The notes under the pieces were generated by a model. The model saw nothing but the letters and a program-made list of their open reading frames with translations, did not search any database and was not told the origin of the DNA. A stretch of 64,000 bases of DNA. Source: Planctomycetota bacterium (GTDB lineage: Bacteria; Planctomycetota; UBA1135). The DNA is taken from assembly GCA_045047305.1 (NCBI GenBank), contig JASFYO010000007.1, positions 31,301-95,300 on the forward strand, written 5' to 3'. Positions 9,661-18,790 of this stretch are shown here, one piece after another; the first letter of the stretch is position 1; every line of letters begins with the position of its first letter. A program made the translations under genes and the position numbers.

Positions 9661-10533
9661 ATGCTGAAACTTCGCCTCTTTGTGCTGGCCCTACTCCTTG
9701 CATGCACGCGCATGGACGAGAACAAACTTGGCCTAGAGACTGAAATCTCTCCTGCCCAGCGGATTGTCGTACTCGGGCCATCGACCACAGCAAACCTATT
9801 TGCTATGCAACAAGGGCACCGCATCGTGGGCGTTTCAGACTACTGCATTACCGCAGGTGCAAAAAATATCAAACGGATTGGTGGCCTTGCCGATCCATCG
9901 CTCGAACGCATCATCGGACTGGATCCCGATTTGGTGCTCGCACAGGGAAACATTCCGCGGGTCCAACAACTTTGCGAAAAGTCTGGCATCGCCTACCACG
10001 CCTTTACTACGGACACTCTGCAAGAGTGGAATGAAGAAGTCACCTGGCTTGGGGAGATTCTGCATGCCAAAAAAGATGCGGCGGCTTTACGTGAAAAACT
10101 GAACGATGGCCTAGCTGCGCTCACTAGTGACTCTGCAGAAAGGCCATCCGTGTTGCTGGTGATTTTCCGCAGTGCCGACGAAGCCTCTAAAATTATGGTC
10201 GCCGGAGACCGTGGGTTTCTCGATGAACTACTCACGGCCGCTGGTGGGCGCAATGTACTGGAAGGCAGTGCGCGTGATTATTTTGATCTGAATGAAGAGC
10301 GTTTATTACGCGCAGCCCCAGAATGGATTTTCGAATTCAATACCGACGCAGGGATAGAGGACCGTGAGCGCCTCAACGCCGAAGCCTTGGCTATTTGGCA
10401 ACACGATTTCCCTAGCCTTCCTGCAGTTCAGGCCGGGCGCATCTTCACCTTAACCGGCGAAGACCTACTGATTCCAGGGCCTTCGATGCTCACCACTGCG
10501 GAGCAAATGCAGTATTTACTTAACGCGAGATAA
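9661..10533 (+). CDS. BtuF-like helical-backbone substrate-binding lipoprotein (cobalamin/iron chelate)
   Basis: Lipobox LLLAC; RIVVLGPSTT, IVGVSDYC, SLERIIGLDPDLV, AAGGRN and PGP motifs. Confidence 0.85.
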   Translation: MLKLRLFVLALLLACTRMDENKLGLETEISPAQRIVVLGPSTTANLFAMQQGHRIVGVSDYCITAGAKNIKRIGGLADPSLERIIGLDPDLVLAQGNIPRVQQLCEKSGIAYHAFTTDTLQEWNEEVTWLGEILHAKKDAAALREKLNDGLAALTSDSAERPSVLLVIFRSADEASKIMVAGDRGFLDELLTAAGGRNVLEGSARDYFDLNEERLLRAAPEWIFEFNTDAGIEDRERLNAEALAIWQHDFPSLPAVQAGRIFTLTGEDLLIPGPSMLTTAEQMQYLLNAR

Positions 10534-11359
10534 TCGCGTAACCAGAACCCAATTCCGAGTCGACACCAGGCCCGCTCATTAGCGATCCATCCTCATTAAT
10601 TAAAAGGAAGCGAAAGGCCAAAAAGCTTCCATCGTCGGCGGCGAACACAACATTGTTCATGCGGCCAATCGCGTCGTCATTAAAGACAAAGCTAGCGGCG
10701 CCGGCAGAATAACTATGAACCAGTTTGCCTGTAATAGGGTCAAGGGTTTCGGCAGAAATCAGCACCCCTGCCTCGTCAATCTCAACCGAAGCTAGGCGGA
10801 ACTTAGATGAAGGGTTTACTGCTTCCCCTGTCCAGCTACCTTTTAGAAGGCTGATTGCAAAATGTCCGGGTCCTGTCGACTTGGTCACCGCGAAGGTGCC
10901 AGTGACCGTAGCCCCACTGGCTGGAGAATAGGTATAGGTGCCGGAAATCAGAACCATGGCATCGTCCATTTGGCCACTCAATGCGAGGCGTCCACTCTCC
11001 AAATTCGAATTCAAGGTAGTGCGAAAACGGCCATCCACATCAAACTCGGTAGTGAATCGAGCACTCGCACCATCCCATTCGAGCCCGGTCCCTTCTGCCC
11101 CGCTAGAAACCGTGCCCTGGAAAATAGCCATATAGAAATTCACTGGTGCCGCACCAATCAAATCTGCTTGTAGCATTCCAGTCCAGTCACCGCCGAGATC
11201 TTCTTGGGTGAAAATCAAACTGCCACCGGTGCCACCTCCGCTTCCGGCATCGCCGCCCGTACTGCCGGGGCTTAACGCAGTTCGTGAACAGGAGCATAAA
11301 AGTACAACCGCCAGCAGCGCGGCGAGTCGGGTAAAGCTGGAAAGAAAGGAATGCTTCAT
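10520..11359 (-). CDS. Hypothetical lipoprotein, paralog B (Gly/Ser linker plus two beta-rich domains)
   Basis: Lipobox-like LLCSC; shares DWTG, STG.GHF, VHSYS.GA, DDA.GR.NNVV, FLLIN and SGPGVDSELG with the upstream gene. Confidence 0.8.
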   Translation of the reverse strand: MKHSFLSSFTRLAALLAVVLLCSCSRTALSPGSTGGDAGSGGGTGGSLIFTQEDLGGDWTGMLQADLIGAAPVNFYMAIFQGTVSSGAEGTGLEWDGASARFTTEFDVDGRFRTTLNSNLESGRLALSGQMDDAMVLISGTYTYSPASGATVTGTFAVTKSTGPGHFAISLLKGSWTGEAVNPSSKFRLASVEIDEAGVLISAETLDPITGKLVHSYSAGAASFVFNDDAIGRMNNVVFAADDGSFLAFRFLLINEDGSLMSGPGVDSELGSGYAIISR

Positions 11360-11363
11360 GGCC

Positions 11364-11403
11364 AAAAAAAGCGCCGGTTCATCCTTTAGGGATCAACCGG
11401 CGC
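11364..11403 (-). terminator. Rho-independent terminator between the two lipoprotein paralogs
   Basis: Minus strand GCGCCGGTTGATCCCTAAAGGATGAACCGGCGC-TTTTTTT: 9-bp perfect outer stem followed by a U7 tract. Confidence 0.8.
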
Positions 11404-11453
11404 CTCAAGGAGACTCTAGGATAACCGAAATCCTAGATTCCAGGGGACAGAGA

Positions 11454-12320
11454 CTAGCGCGTCAACTCTACGCGGCCAATACCTAGCTCGGAGTCAACTC
11501 CGGGGCCAGAGATTAGTGTGCCGGTATCGTTGATAAGCAAGAAGTCGAAGGCCAAGGTGGAACCATCATCGCTAGTGATCACTACGTTGTTGATACGCCC
11601 AACGGCGTCGTCGATAAGATCCAACGAACCTGCACCAGAGGAGTAGCTGTGTACGATTCGCCCACTATCAGGGTGTATTACTTCTGCCGCAACCACGATG
11701 CCAGTACGATCAAACTCAATGCTTGCGATTCTAAAACGATCGCGGTTGTTCGAACCTTGTCCCTGCCATACGCCTTCGGCAAGACCAATGGTGAAATGAC
11801 CAGCCCCGGTACTGCGGCGCAATTCGAAGGTCCCTTCAAAGAGGGTGCCATCGACGTGAGTGGTGCGCACCATTCCGTTGATCTTGTCCAATGCAACGTT
11901 CATGGTTCCCTCTAAAGACATATCCCCTGCGCCTACCGAAGACGTGATTGCCAAGTCCATGAAGCCTTGCGTGTTAAAATTAAGGAGAGTGATCGCATTG
12001 GATGCGTTCCAATCGCCGCCACCGCCTTCTGCGCTAGATGTAAGCACTCCGTTTGCAACGCGAATGTAAATGTTGCGTTTGATCAGAGCGCGGTTGTTAG
12101 GAATCAACTCGCCGGTCCAGTCTCCATTGAGGTCTCCCATGGAGAATTGAAGGCCAGCGCCGCTGCCATCCGTGCCAGAGCCGGAATCCGTACCAGAGCC
12201 GGAATCGGTACCAGCGCTGCCGCCAGTCGATGTGAGACCGCCTCCTCCACAGGAAGCGAGGGCGCCAACAAACAATGCGAGGGCGAGGCGGGAAAGAGAG
12301 GTTGAAACGTTTTGAAACAT
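11454..12320 (-). CDS. Hypothetical lipoprotein, paralog A
   Basis: Lipobox LASC followed by GGGG and GTDSGS repeats; collinear with paralog B. Confidence 0.8.
   Translation of the reverse strand: MFQNVSTSLSRLALALFVGALASCGGGGLTSTGGSAGTDSGSGTDSGSGTDGSGAGLQFSMGDLNGDWTGELIPNNRALIKRNIYIRVANGVLTSSAEGGGGDWNASNAITLLNFNTQGFMDLAITSSVGAGDMSLEGTMNVALDKINGMVRTTHVDGTLFEGTFELRRSTGAGHFTIGLAEGVWQGQGSNNRDRFRIASIEFDRTGIVVAAEVIHPDSGRIVHSYSSGAGSLDLIDDAVGRINNVVITSDDGSTLAFDFLLINDTGTLISGPGVDSELGIGRVELTR
12170..12215 (-). repeat. Short tandem 18-nt repeat encoding a GTDSGS linker
   Basis: ccagagccggaatccgta/ccagagccggaatcggta; protein GTDSGSGTDSGSGTDGS. Confidence 0.7.
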
Positions 12321-12469
12321 AATTCGGTTGAGCTAGGGTCTCCGAGGAAAACGGTAAGTCGTGTGGCTGTAATGGCTTGTGTTCGTGAGGCACAGGCCGC
12401 CAACATCCAACTTTACCCCGAAAATGAGGTGCTGTAGGGAAAATTGCAGATTCCTGCTAAAGCCCTTAC

Positions 12470-13057
12470 TTAACGACTTGGCGTGAACGCCGCCTCGACT
12501 AGCTCACAAAAGCAATGCCCAAAGAAGAGATGGGCCTCTTGAATGCGCGGCGTATCGGTACTGGGAGCACAAAAGCAAACATCGCAGAGGTCCACTAACG
12601 CACCATTCTTGGCTCCAGTGACTCCAATTATCTTGGCACCACGAGCGCGGGCTGCCTCCACCGCAAGCAGGATGTTCTTACTATTACCGCTGGTGGAAAT
12701 CGCTAAGAATACATCGCCGGGCTTCACATGAGCCCGAATCTGACGCTCAAAGACTTCTTCAGGCGGGTAATCGTTAACCAAAGCAGTGTAGGTGCTCGAG
12801 TTCACCGTGAGCGCATGTACATTCAGCGGCTCGCGCTCCTCCAGGTAGCGCCCTACCAATTCAGCGGCCCAATGCTGAGCATCAGCGGCACTGCCTCCGT
12901 TGCCTGCTAGAAAAACGCCCCCTCCATTCTTTAGACAGTGGATGGCGAGTTCTGCGGCTGCTACCGTCACCGCGACAAAAGTATCATCCAGGGCCGCAAA
13001 AGTACTTTGGGCTTGGGCAAGGCGTTGGCGCAAAAGGGCGTCGGGCGACGTCGGCAT
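12470..13057 (-). CDS. gmhA: Phosphoheptose (D-sedoheptulose-7-phosphate) isomerase
   Basis: GNGGSAADAQHWAAELVGRY, STSGNSKN and TPRIQEAH motifs; start set at ATG 13057. Confidence 0.92.
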   Translation of the reverse strand: MPTSPDALLRQRLAQAQSTFAALDDTFVAVTVAAAELAIHCLKNGGGVFLAGNGGSAADAQHWAAELVGRYLEEREPLNVHALTVNSSTYTALVNDYPPEEVFERQIRAHVKPGDVFLAISTSGNSKNILLAVEAARARGAKIIGVTGAKNGALVDLCDVCFCAPSTDTPRIQEAHLFFGHCFCELVEAAFTPSR

Positions 13058-13120
13058 GAAAGGTAGTGTACTTCCTCGTCGGAGCTTCCCCGAAAAGCAC
13101 CGGAGGGTCATCATGGTGCG

Positions 13121-13903
13121 GTGAGCCTTCGCGCCACCTCCCTCACGGTCGCTTTTGGACCGAAACCGCAAACGCCGGTCCTGCAGGATCTTGACTTCGA
13201 ACTCGAGCCCGGGCGCTTCGATGTATTGGTGGGCGCAAACGGTGTCGGCAAAAGTACCTTGCTGCGCGCTTTGGCAGGCCTTCAGGCGCTACGGCATGGG
13301 CAAGTCATGCTCGAGGGGCGGGCGCTAAAAGAAATCCCACTTCCCGAGCGCGCCCAGGCGATTGGTTTTTTACCTCAAGAAGTACAACCGGCTTTTGCCT
13401 ACACGGTGAAGCAAGCGGTTGGGCTTGGTGCGCGGGTTGCCGGGCATGGGCATTGGTTCGATACCCATTCAAAACCCGAAGCGGAGCGTGCGGTTCAACA
13501 GGCCCTGGAATTGGTCGACGCCCTGGAATTAGGCGACCGTCGGTTAAGTGAACTGTCTGGAGGCGAACGTCGTCGCGTTCTAATCGCAAGCGTACTGGCA
13601 CAGGAACCGCAGTACTTACTGTTGGATGAGCCGGCCGCCATGTTGGACTTACATCATCAGGCGGAACTATTCCGCATGCTCGCGCGTTTGGCAGAAAACG
13701 GACTCTCGGTTGCTTGCGTGACGCATGACTGGAATCTCGCAGTGGGGTTTGCAGACCGCTTAACCGTACTGAAAGATGGCCAAGTGCTGGCAAGCGGCAC
13801 GCCCAAAGACTTGATGGTGCCAGAAATCCTGCAACAAGTTTACGGCGATTCCTTTGCTCTGTTACAGCATGCAGATGGACGTCCTGTGGTGGTGCCGCGA
13901 TGA
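13121..13903 (+). CDS. Cobalamin/Fe-siderophore ABC transporter ATPase (BtuD/FecE-like)
   Basis: GANGVGKST, LSGGERRRV, LLLDEP and LDLHHQ motifs. Confidence 0.88.
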   Translation: MSLRATSLTVAFGPKPQTPVLQDLDFELEPGRFDVLVGANGVGKSTLLRALAGLQALRHGQVMLEGRALKEIPLPERAQAIGFLPQEVQPAFAYTVKQAVGLGARVAGHGHWFDTHSKPEAERAVQQALELVDALELGDRRLSELSGGERRRVLIASVLAQEPQYLLLDEPAAMLDLHHQAELFRMLARLAENGLSVACVTHDWNLAVGFADRLTVLKDGQVLASGTPKDLMVPEILQQVYGDSFALLQHADGRPVVVPR

Positions 13904-14898
13904 CACGTCGTCCGAAGCTACTATTGCTGCTGCTTGGAATGTTCTCCTTAGGATGCGCTTTCCTTGCTCCGTTGTTTGGCGCAGAACCGATTGATATGGG
14001 GGTGGCCTTGCGTGAATGGTTCCGTTTCGATTCCAGCGATTGGTCGATGGACGCCCGCATCTTAGATTTGCGCTTGCCCCGCGTCTTGCTTGCTTGGCTG
14101 TCTGGCGGCGCGCTAGCCATTGCTGGCGCAACCATGCAAACCCTACTGCGCAATGGCCTTGCCACTCCCTATACCTTAGGCGTCTCTACCGCAGGAACCT
14201 TTGGCGCATTCCTTTGCCTAGCATTTCCGTCTTTTGCTGGTTGGCTCTTCCTGCCGCGCTTTGTTGCACTCGCCTTTGCGCTACTCGCAACAGGCCTCGT
14301 CTTAGTCGTAGCCCGACGCAGCCCTCGCAGCGACGGCCTAATCCTGGCCGGAGTCACTCTGAACTTTTTGTTTGGTGCTGCACTCATGTTGGTGCGCTAT
14401 CTCGCCGACCCATACCGCTTAGCCGTCCTTGACCGTTGGCTCATGGGTTCGCTCGACGTTGTGGGATTCCAAACTCCCCTAAGCCTCATTCCCTGGCTGG
14501 CCGTTGGCCTTTTCCTTCTGCTTCGCCTAACGCCAGCACTCGACCAACTCGCCTTCGACGTCGAACTCGCAGCCTCTCGAGGGTATGACCCCAAACGAGT
14601 TCAACGCAATGGATTACTCGCAGCCAGTTTGCTTGCAGCTGCGGTGGTGGCTCATACCGGCCCGATTGGCTTCATTGGACTACTTGTTCCCCACGCCTTA
14701 CGCCGTTTCACCGGCATGCGCCACGGCCTCATGCTCCCCGCATGTTGGTTACTTGGCTCTGGCTTCTTGGTTCTCGCCGATCTTTGTGCGCGCTCACTTG
14801 AGCTATTCGGACGCCATAGCGACCTCCCAGTCGGGATTCTCACATCCCTCGTCGGTGGACCGTTTTTCCTTTTGCTCCTAATCCGGGAACGAAACTAG
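13900..14898 (+). CDS. FecCD/BtuC-family ABC permease
   Basis: LRLPRVLLA, QTLLRNGLATPYTLGVS, GPIGFIGLLVPH and LPVGILTSLVGGPFF motifs. Confidence 0.9.
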   Translation: MTRRPKLLLLLLGMFSLGCAFLAPLFGAEPIDMGVALREWFRFDSSDWSMDARILDLRLPRVLLAWLSGGALAIAGATMQTLLRNGLATPYTLGVSTAGTFGAFLCLAFPSFAGWLFLPRFVALAFALLATGLVLVVARRSPRSDGLILAGVTLNFLFGAALMLVRYLADPYRLAVLDRWLMGSLDVVGFQTPLSLIPWLAVGLFLLLRLTPALDQLAFDVELAASRGYDPKRVQRNGLLAASLLAAAVVAHTGPIGFIGLLVPHALRRFTGMRHGLMLPACWLLGSGFLVLADLCARSLELFGRHSDLPVGILTSLVGGPFFLLLLIRERN

Positions 14899-14962
14899 GC
14901 CAAGTTTGAGGGGCCGAAATCAGGGTTTCCCAAATAATAGTTTGAGGTACAATACGTGGCTC

Positions 14963-15502
14963 ATGTCCGAGCCTGAACGCATTGAAATCCAACACGTCTT
15001 GGTTTCCTTTAAGGAGACTCAAGTGGCCGCCGACCGTACTAGAGAAGAAGCTGAAGCACTTGCCGCGCAACTTTTGGAGCGCGCAAAAGGTGGCGAAGAC
15101 TTTACCGCTATGGTGCGCGAGTTTTCCGACGACCCTGTGCACGAAGAGGATCCTTCTCCTGGTGTTTACAAAATGATTAACACTGGCGTCGACGGCGCCG
15201 ATTTCGGGCAGGTGATTTCCGAACTCAATGGGCGTGCCGCCGAGAAAGAAGCCGCACTCACCAAGTTAATTGAGGAAGGTGATTTGTCGGTTGATGATGC
15301 GCAAGTGCAAATGCAGGACTTCGTCGAAGAACTACAGGCGGAGGCTGCCAAGCGCCAAGGCGATACTCCACACCCACGCGCCGCAATGGTTGCCGGATTT
15401 GGCGACATTGGATTCGCACTTGGTGCGGGCGAAGTTGGCCTTGCTGTCTTTGATGAAGAAAAGTCGCCATTCGGCTGGCACATCATCAAGCGCCTTGCCT
15501 AA
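14963..15502 (+). CDS. Parvulin (PpiC-type) peptidyl-prolyl isomerase with a helical insertion
   Basis: QHVLVSF, EDFTAMVREFSDD, MVAGF and SPFGWHIIKR motifs. Confidence 0.8.
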   Translation: MSEPERIEIQHVLVSFKETQVAADRTREEAEALAAQLLERAKGGEDFTAMVREFSDDPVHEEDPSPGVYKMINTGVDGADFGQVISELNGRAAEKEAALTKLIEEGDLSVDDAQVQMQDFVEELQAEAAKRQGDTPHPRAAMVAGFGDIGFALGAGEVGLAVFDEEKSPFGWHIIKRLA

Positions 15503-15519
15503 GCGCTAGCCCGCAGACT

Positions 15520-17472
15520 TTATTCTGCAGCTACGGATTTCACTGGCGGAGATTTCTCTTCACCGGTGAAAGAGTAGCAGGAACTCTTGCGGTTGAGGAC
15601 ATCCTTGGCGCAACCAGGGCGTTGATATCCTTCCACCAAGTTCTCCAAGATGCCGTACACCGCCGGCAGCGCGCCCTTATCTAAAGCTGATTCTAACTGA
15701 GCAAGCATACGCGTGACGGTTGCGCTATCCGCTCCGCATTCGTTTGCCTTGAATATCTTGGCGTGGCTGGTTGCTTCACTGCAACTTGGATCCACTAACA
15801 ACTCCTCCACCAGTTTCTCACCTGGACGCAATCCGGTGAATTCAATCTTCACTTCGCGGCCCGTGCCTCGGGTAGCCAATTCAATCATGCGGTTAGCCAA
15901 ATCCAAAACGCGGACTGGCTCGCCCATATCTAAAAGATAGACTTCGCCGGAACTGCCCATAGCAGAGGCTTGAACCACCAATTGAGCCGCTTCTGGAATG
16001 GTCATGAAGAACCGCATGACGTCTGGATTGGTCACCGTGACGGGTCCGCCCGAAGCAATCTGTCGGCGAAACAGCGGCACCACAGAGCCTGCGCTATCTA
16101 ATACGTTGCCAAAACGAACAATCGTGAAGCGGGTAGCCGGCTTTGGCTCGACTTGACCTACCAGCGCCTTCTTTGCCTCTTTATCCACCAGCAAAACTGC
16201 GAGCTCCGCCAAGCGCTTACTCGCCCCCATGACGTTGCATGGGCGTACCGCTTTATCCGTAGACACAAAAAGGAAGGAACTCACGCCGGCCCGAACTGCA
16301 GCGCGCGCAGCAAAGAAAGTGCCCAGCGCATTATTGCGCACGCCCTCAATTGGGTTTTGCTCAACCAAAGGTACATGCTTATACGCTGCTGCATGGTAAA
16401 CCGATTCCACCTCGAAGCGCTTGAAAGTATTTTCCAGCCGATTCTCATCCAAGACAGATCCAAGAACCGCGGCCACCTTCACGTCAGGATACAACTCATG
16501 GAGCTGCATCTCGATTTGATAAAGCGCGTACTCGTGGATTTCAAATAAAACCAACTGCGATGGGCCAAGCGCCGCAACCTGACGACAGAGTTCGCTTCCA
16601 ATCGAGCCGCCAGCGCCGGTCACCATCACCGAATGCCCAGGGACGACTTCGCGCAGCAGGTTGTCATCGGGCAGAACTGCACTGCGGCCGAGTAAATCTT
16701 TGACCGGCACTTCTGCAAGATCAGCAACGCTTTGCCCCCCACGGACGAGATCAAGAAAGTTTGGCACTTCCAAAATACTCAAGCCGGCACGCTCCATGAT
16801 GTTAATCATTTGGCGTCGGTGAATTGCATCGGAAGCGGGTGCTGCAAGCAAGGCTTTCTCGATGCCATGCTTCTCCACCAACTTGGCGATGCGGGCCGGC
16901 GGATAGACATCGAGCTCGCCCATGCGAATCCCCCACTTCGAGGGTTCGTCATCCAGAAATGCGACCGGCCGCATTTCGTGATTGTAGGCAAGTGCTTGTG
17001 CCAACTGAAGGCCGGCAGACCCAGCGCCGTAAATCAAAACGGGCTCGACCTTTTTCCCGTCGCGCGTGAGGTGCCGGGCAATCCGTTGCAGTGTTTCACG
17101 ACTGGCCACGATGAGGGTGGTGGCAATGAAGGGCTCCAACAACAACACCGAGCGCGGAACACCCTGAAGGCGCATCACGAACACGGCGGTTCCAAAACCG
17201 ATGGTCGAAATCGCAACGCCTTGTAAGGTTTGCACTACGAGCTGTTGGTTAGGCAGCCGCAGCATCGACTTGTACAGCCCAACCAAGGTGAAGGCGGGAA
17301 TCCGTACCGCTGTCATGGCCAAAACCATCCACGGATAGTTACCCCAATAATCAGGGGCAAAGGTGGTCCGGCGTACTGCCAACGCAATCCACAAAGCCAA
17401 GGCCGAAATCACAACGTCCATCAGGACGAGCAATAGGCGCTTTTGGCGACGGGAAAGGTTAGTGATGAACAT
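15520..17472 (-). CDS. Membrane-bound UDP-GlcNAc 4,6-dehydratase (PglF/CapD/WbpM-like)
   Basis: N-terminal TMs, GAGSAG, VTGAGGSIGSEL, HAAAYKHVP, STDKAV, GASKR, RFGNVLDS and GLRPGEKL. Confidence 0.92.
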   Translation of the reverse strand: MFITNLSRRQKRLLLVLMDVVISALALWIALAVRRTTFAPDYWGNYPWMVLAMTAVRIPAFTLVGLYKSMLRLPNQQLVVQTLQGVAISTIGFGTAVFVMRLQGVPRSVLLLEPFIATTLIVASRETLQRIARHLTRDGKKVEPVLIYGAGSAGLQLAQALAYNHEMRPVAFLDDEPSKWGIRMGELDVYPPARIAKLVEKHGIEKALLAAPASDAIHRRQMINIMERAGLSILEVPNFLDLVRGGQSVADLAEVPVKDLLGRSAVLPDDNLLREVVPGHSVMVTGAGGSIGSELCRQVAALGPSQLVLFEIHEYALYQIEMQLHELYPDVKVAAVLGSVLDENRLENTFKRFEVESVYHAAAYKHVPLVEQNPIEGVRNNALGTFFAARAAVRAGVSSFLFVSTDKAVRPCNVMGASKRLAELAVLLVDKEAKKALVGQVEPKPATRFTIVRFGNVLDSAGSVVPLFRRQIASGGPVTVTNPDVMRFFMTIPEAAQLVVQASAMGSSGEVYLLDMGEPVRVLDLANRMIELATRGTGREVKIEFTGLRPGEKLVEELLVDPSCSEATSHAKIFKANECGADSATVTRMLAQLESALDKGALPAVYGILENLVEGYQRPGCAKDVLNRKSSCYSFTGEEKSPPVKSVAAE

Positions 17473-17670
17473 GGGGGGAATTCTGAGACTCCCGGCGCGA
17501 CGGCAACCTCATGGAGCGCCGATATTGTAACAAAGGTTGAAAAAAACCATGGTGCTATGATGCGCCATAAACCTTTTGCCTATTGGTGTTTTCTACGATG
17601 ATGCTTTCCGACGTGGGCCGCCATCGTTTCCTTCAACCCGATTCGAAAATTTACCCGGGAAGGCCCCGGC

Positions 17671-18702
17671 TCAATGCGGAGTTCTATTTCCGCGCGCCCT
17701 CTCAACGGCTTTCAGGCCCACCCACAAAAGCAGGAATAGCAAGACGAGGCCAATAAGTAGTAAGAGCCGGGCAGAATCGCCTACCTCTCCGAATAGCCAA
17801 GCCGCCCAGAGCATCAGTGCCATGAGGCCATATTCAGCGAGCGCCGTTTTTCGGTGGCCCCAGCCCGCATGAGCCAGGCGTTGATATGCGTGTGTTCGAT
17901 GCGCCTCCCAAACCCGATCCCCTTTGATCATCCGCCGAAGAAGGGTTGCGGTCGCATCGACCCAAAATGGAGAAAACAAGATAAGGGGCTGCCACAAGTC
18001 CAAAGACTTGTGGTCGATGCCGAGGAAGGTCACCAATGCAACCAGGTAGCCCAATGGGGCGGCGGCAACATCGCCCATGAAAATTTTTGCTGGGGGGAAA
18101 TTCCACCACAAAAAGCCCGCGCCACTGCTTGCAATAACACAACAAAGCAACGCCAGGGAGGCGTCGCCATTGATCCATGCCAAAGCAGCGCAACCGCCAA
18201 AACCAAACACCGTCATACCACCTGCGAAACCATCCATTCCATCCATGAAATTGAACAAGTTGGTGAACCAAACCGTAACCATGAGCGCAAATGGAATCGC
18301 AAACCAACCTAGGCCAGCGGGTTGCCCCAAAATCCCGGGAAGCGGAATCGCGATTTCATAAGCGCCGCCAAGCACCAGGCTGCAAGCCGCGCCAAGGTGT
18401 ACCGCGAGACGAATGCTCGAACGAATCGGCCGCCGATCATCCAAAAATGAAATCCCTGCAACCAACACAAAGCCAATCAGGGACGCCGCGTTCGGGAACA
18501 GTGAAGTGCCCTGAAATCTCTGCCAAGCCTCAAGCAGAAGCAAACTAACGACGATGGCCAAGCCCCCTCCACTTGGCGTAGTCTTCTCATGCAGGGAGCG
18601 ATGATTGGGCTCAGCGACTGTTCCGAGCGAATGCCCCGCCCCCATCAACCAACGCGTGCCAGCGCAGGTGAAAAGAAAAATCCCAAGGCTTAGGGGAATC
18701 AT
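17671..18702 (-). CDS. Polytopic polyprenyl-phosphate HexNAc-1-phosphate transferase (WecA/WbpL-like)
   Basis: RSLH..TPSGGG, LDD, NLFNFMDGMDG, NFPPAKIFMGD and AHRTHAYQRL. Confidence 0.9.
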   Translation of the reverse strand: MIPLSLGIFLFTCAGTRWLMGAGHSLGTVAEPNHRSLHEKTTPSGGGLAIVVSLLLLEAWQRFQGTSLFPNAASLIGFVLVAGISFLDDRRPIRSSIRLAVHLGAACSLVLGGAYEIAIPLPGILGQPAGLGWFAIPFALMVTVWFTNLFNFMDGMDGFAGGMTVFGFGGCAALAWINGDASLALLCCVIASSGAGFLWWNFPPAKIFMGDVAAAPLGYLVALVTFLGIDHKSLDLWQPLILFSPFWVDATATLLRRMIKGDRVWEAHRTHAYQRLAHAGWGHRKTALAEYGLMALMLWAAWLFGEVGDSARLLLLIGLVLLFLLLWVGLKAVERARGNRTPH

Positions 18703-18790
18703 CGGCTCTGGATAAACCGTTAAGAGGGTGGCGACGGGGGGTCGCTATGGCTGAGGATACCAAGCCGGGCGGTCCCTCTGCCTTTAAGCC

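Noticed and set aside
9628..13121. Cobalamin riboswitch upstream of the btu-like genes
   Set aside because: The relevant intergenic gaps are only about 30-65 nt and no B12-box was seen; the substrate remains unassigned
17473..17670. Structured leader upstream of the pglF-like gene
   Set aside because: Only short imperfect inverted repeats; no ops/JUMPstart or riboswitch consensus recognised
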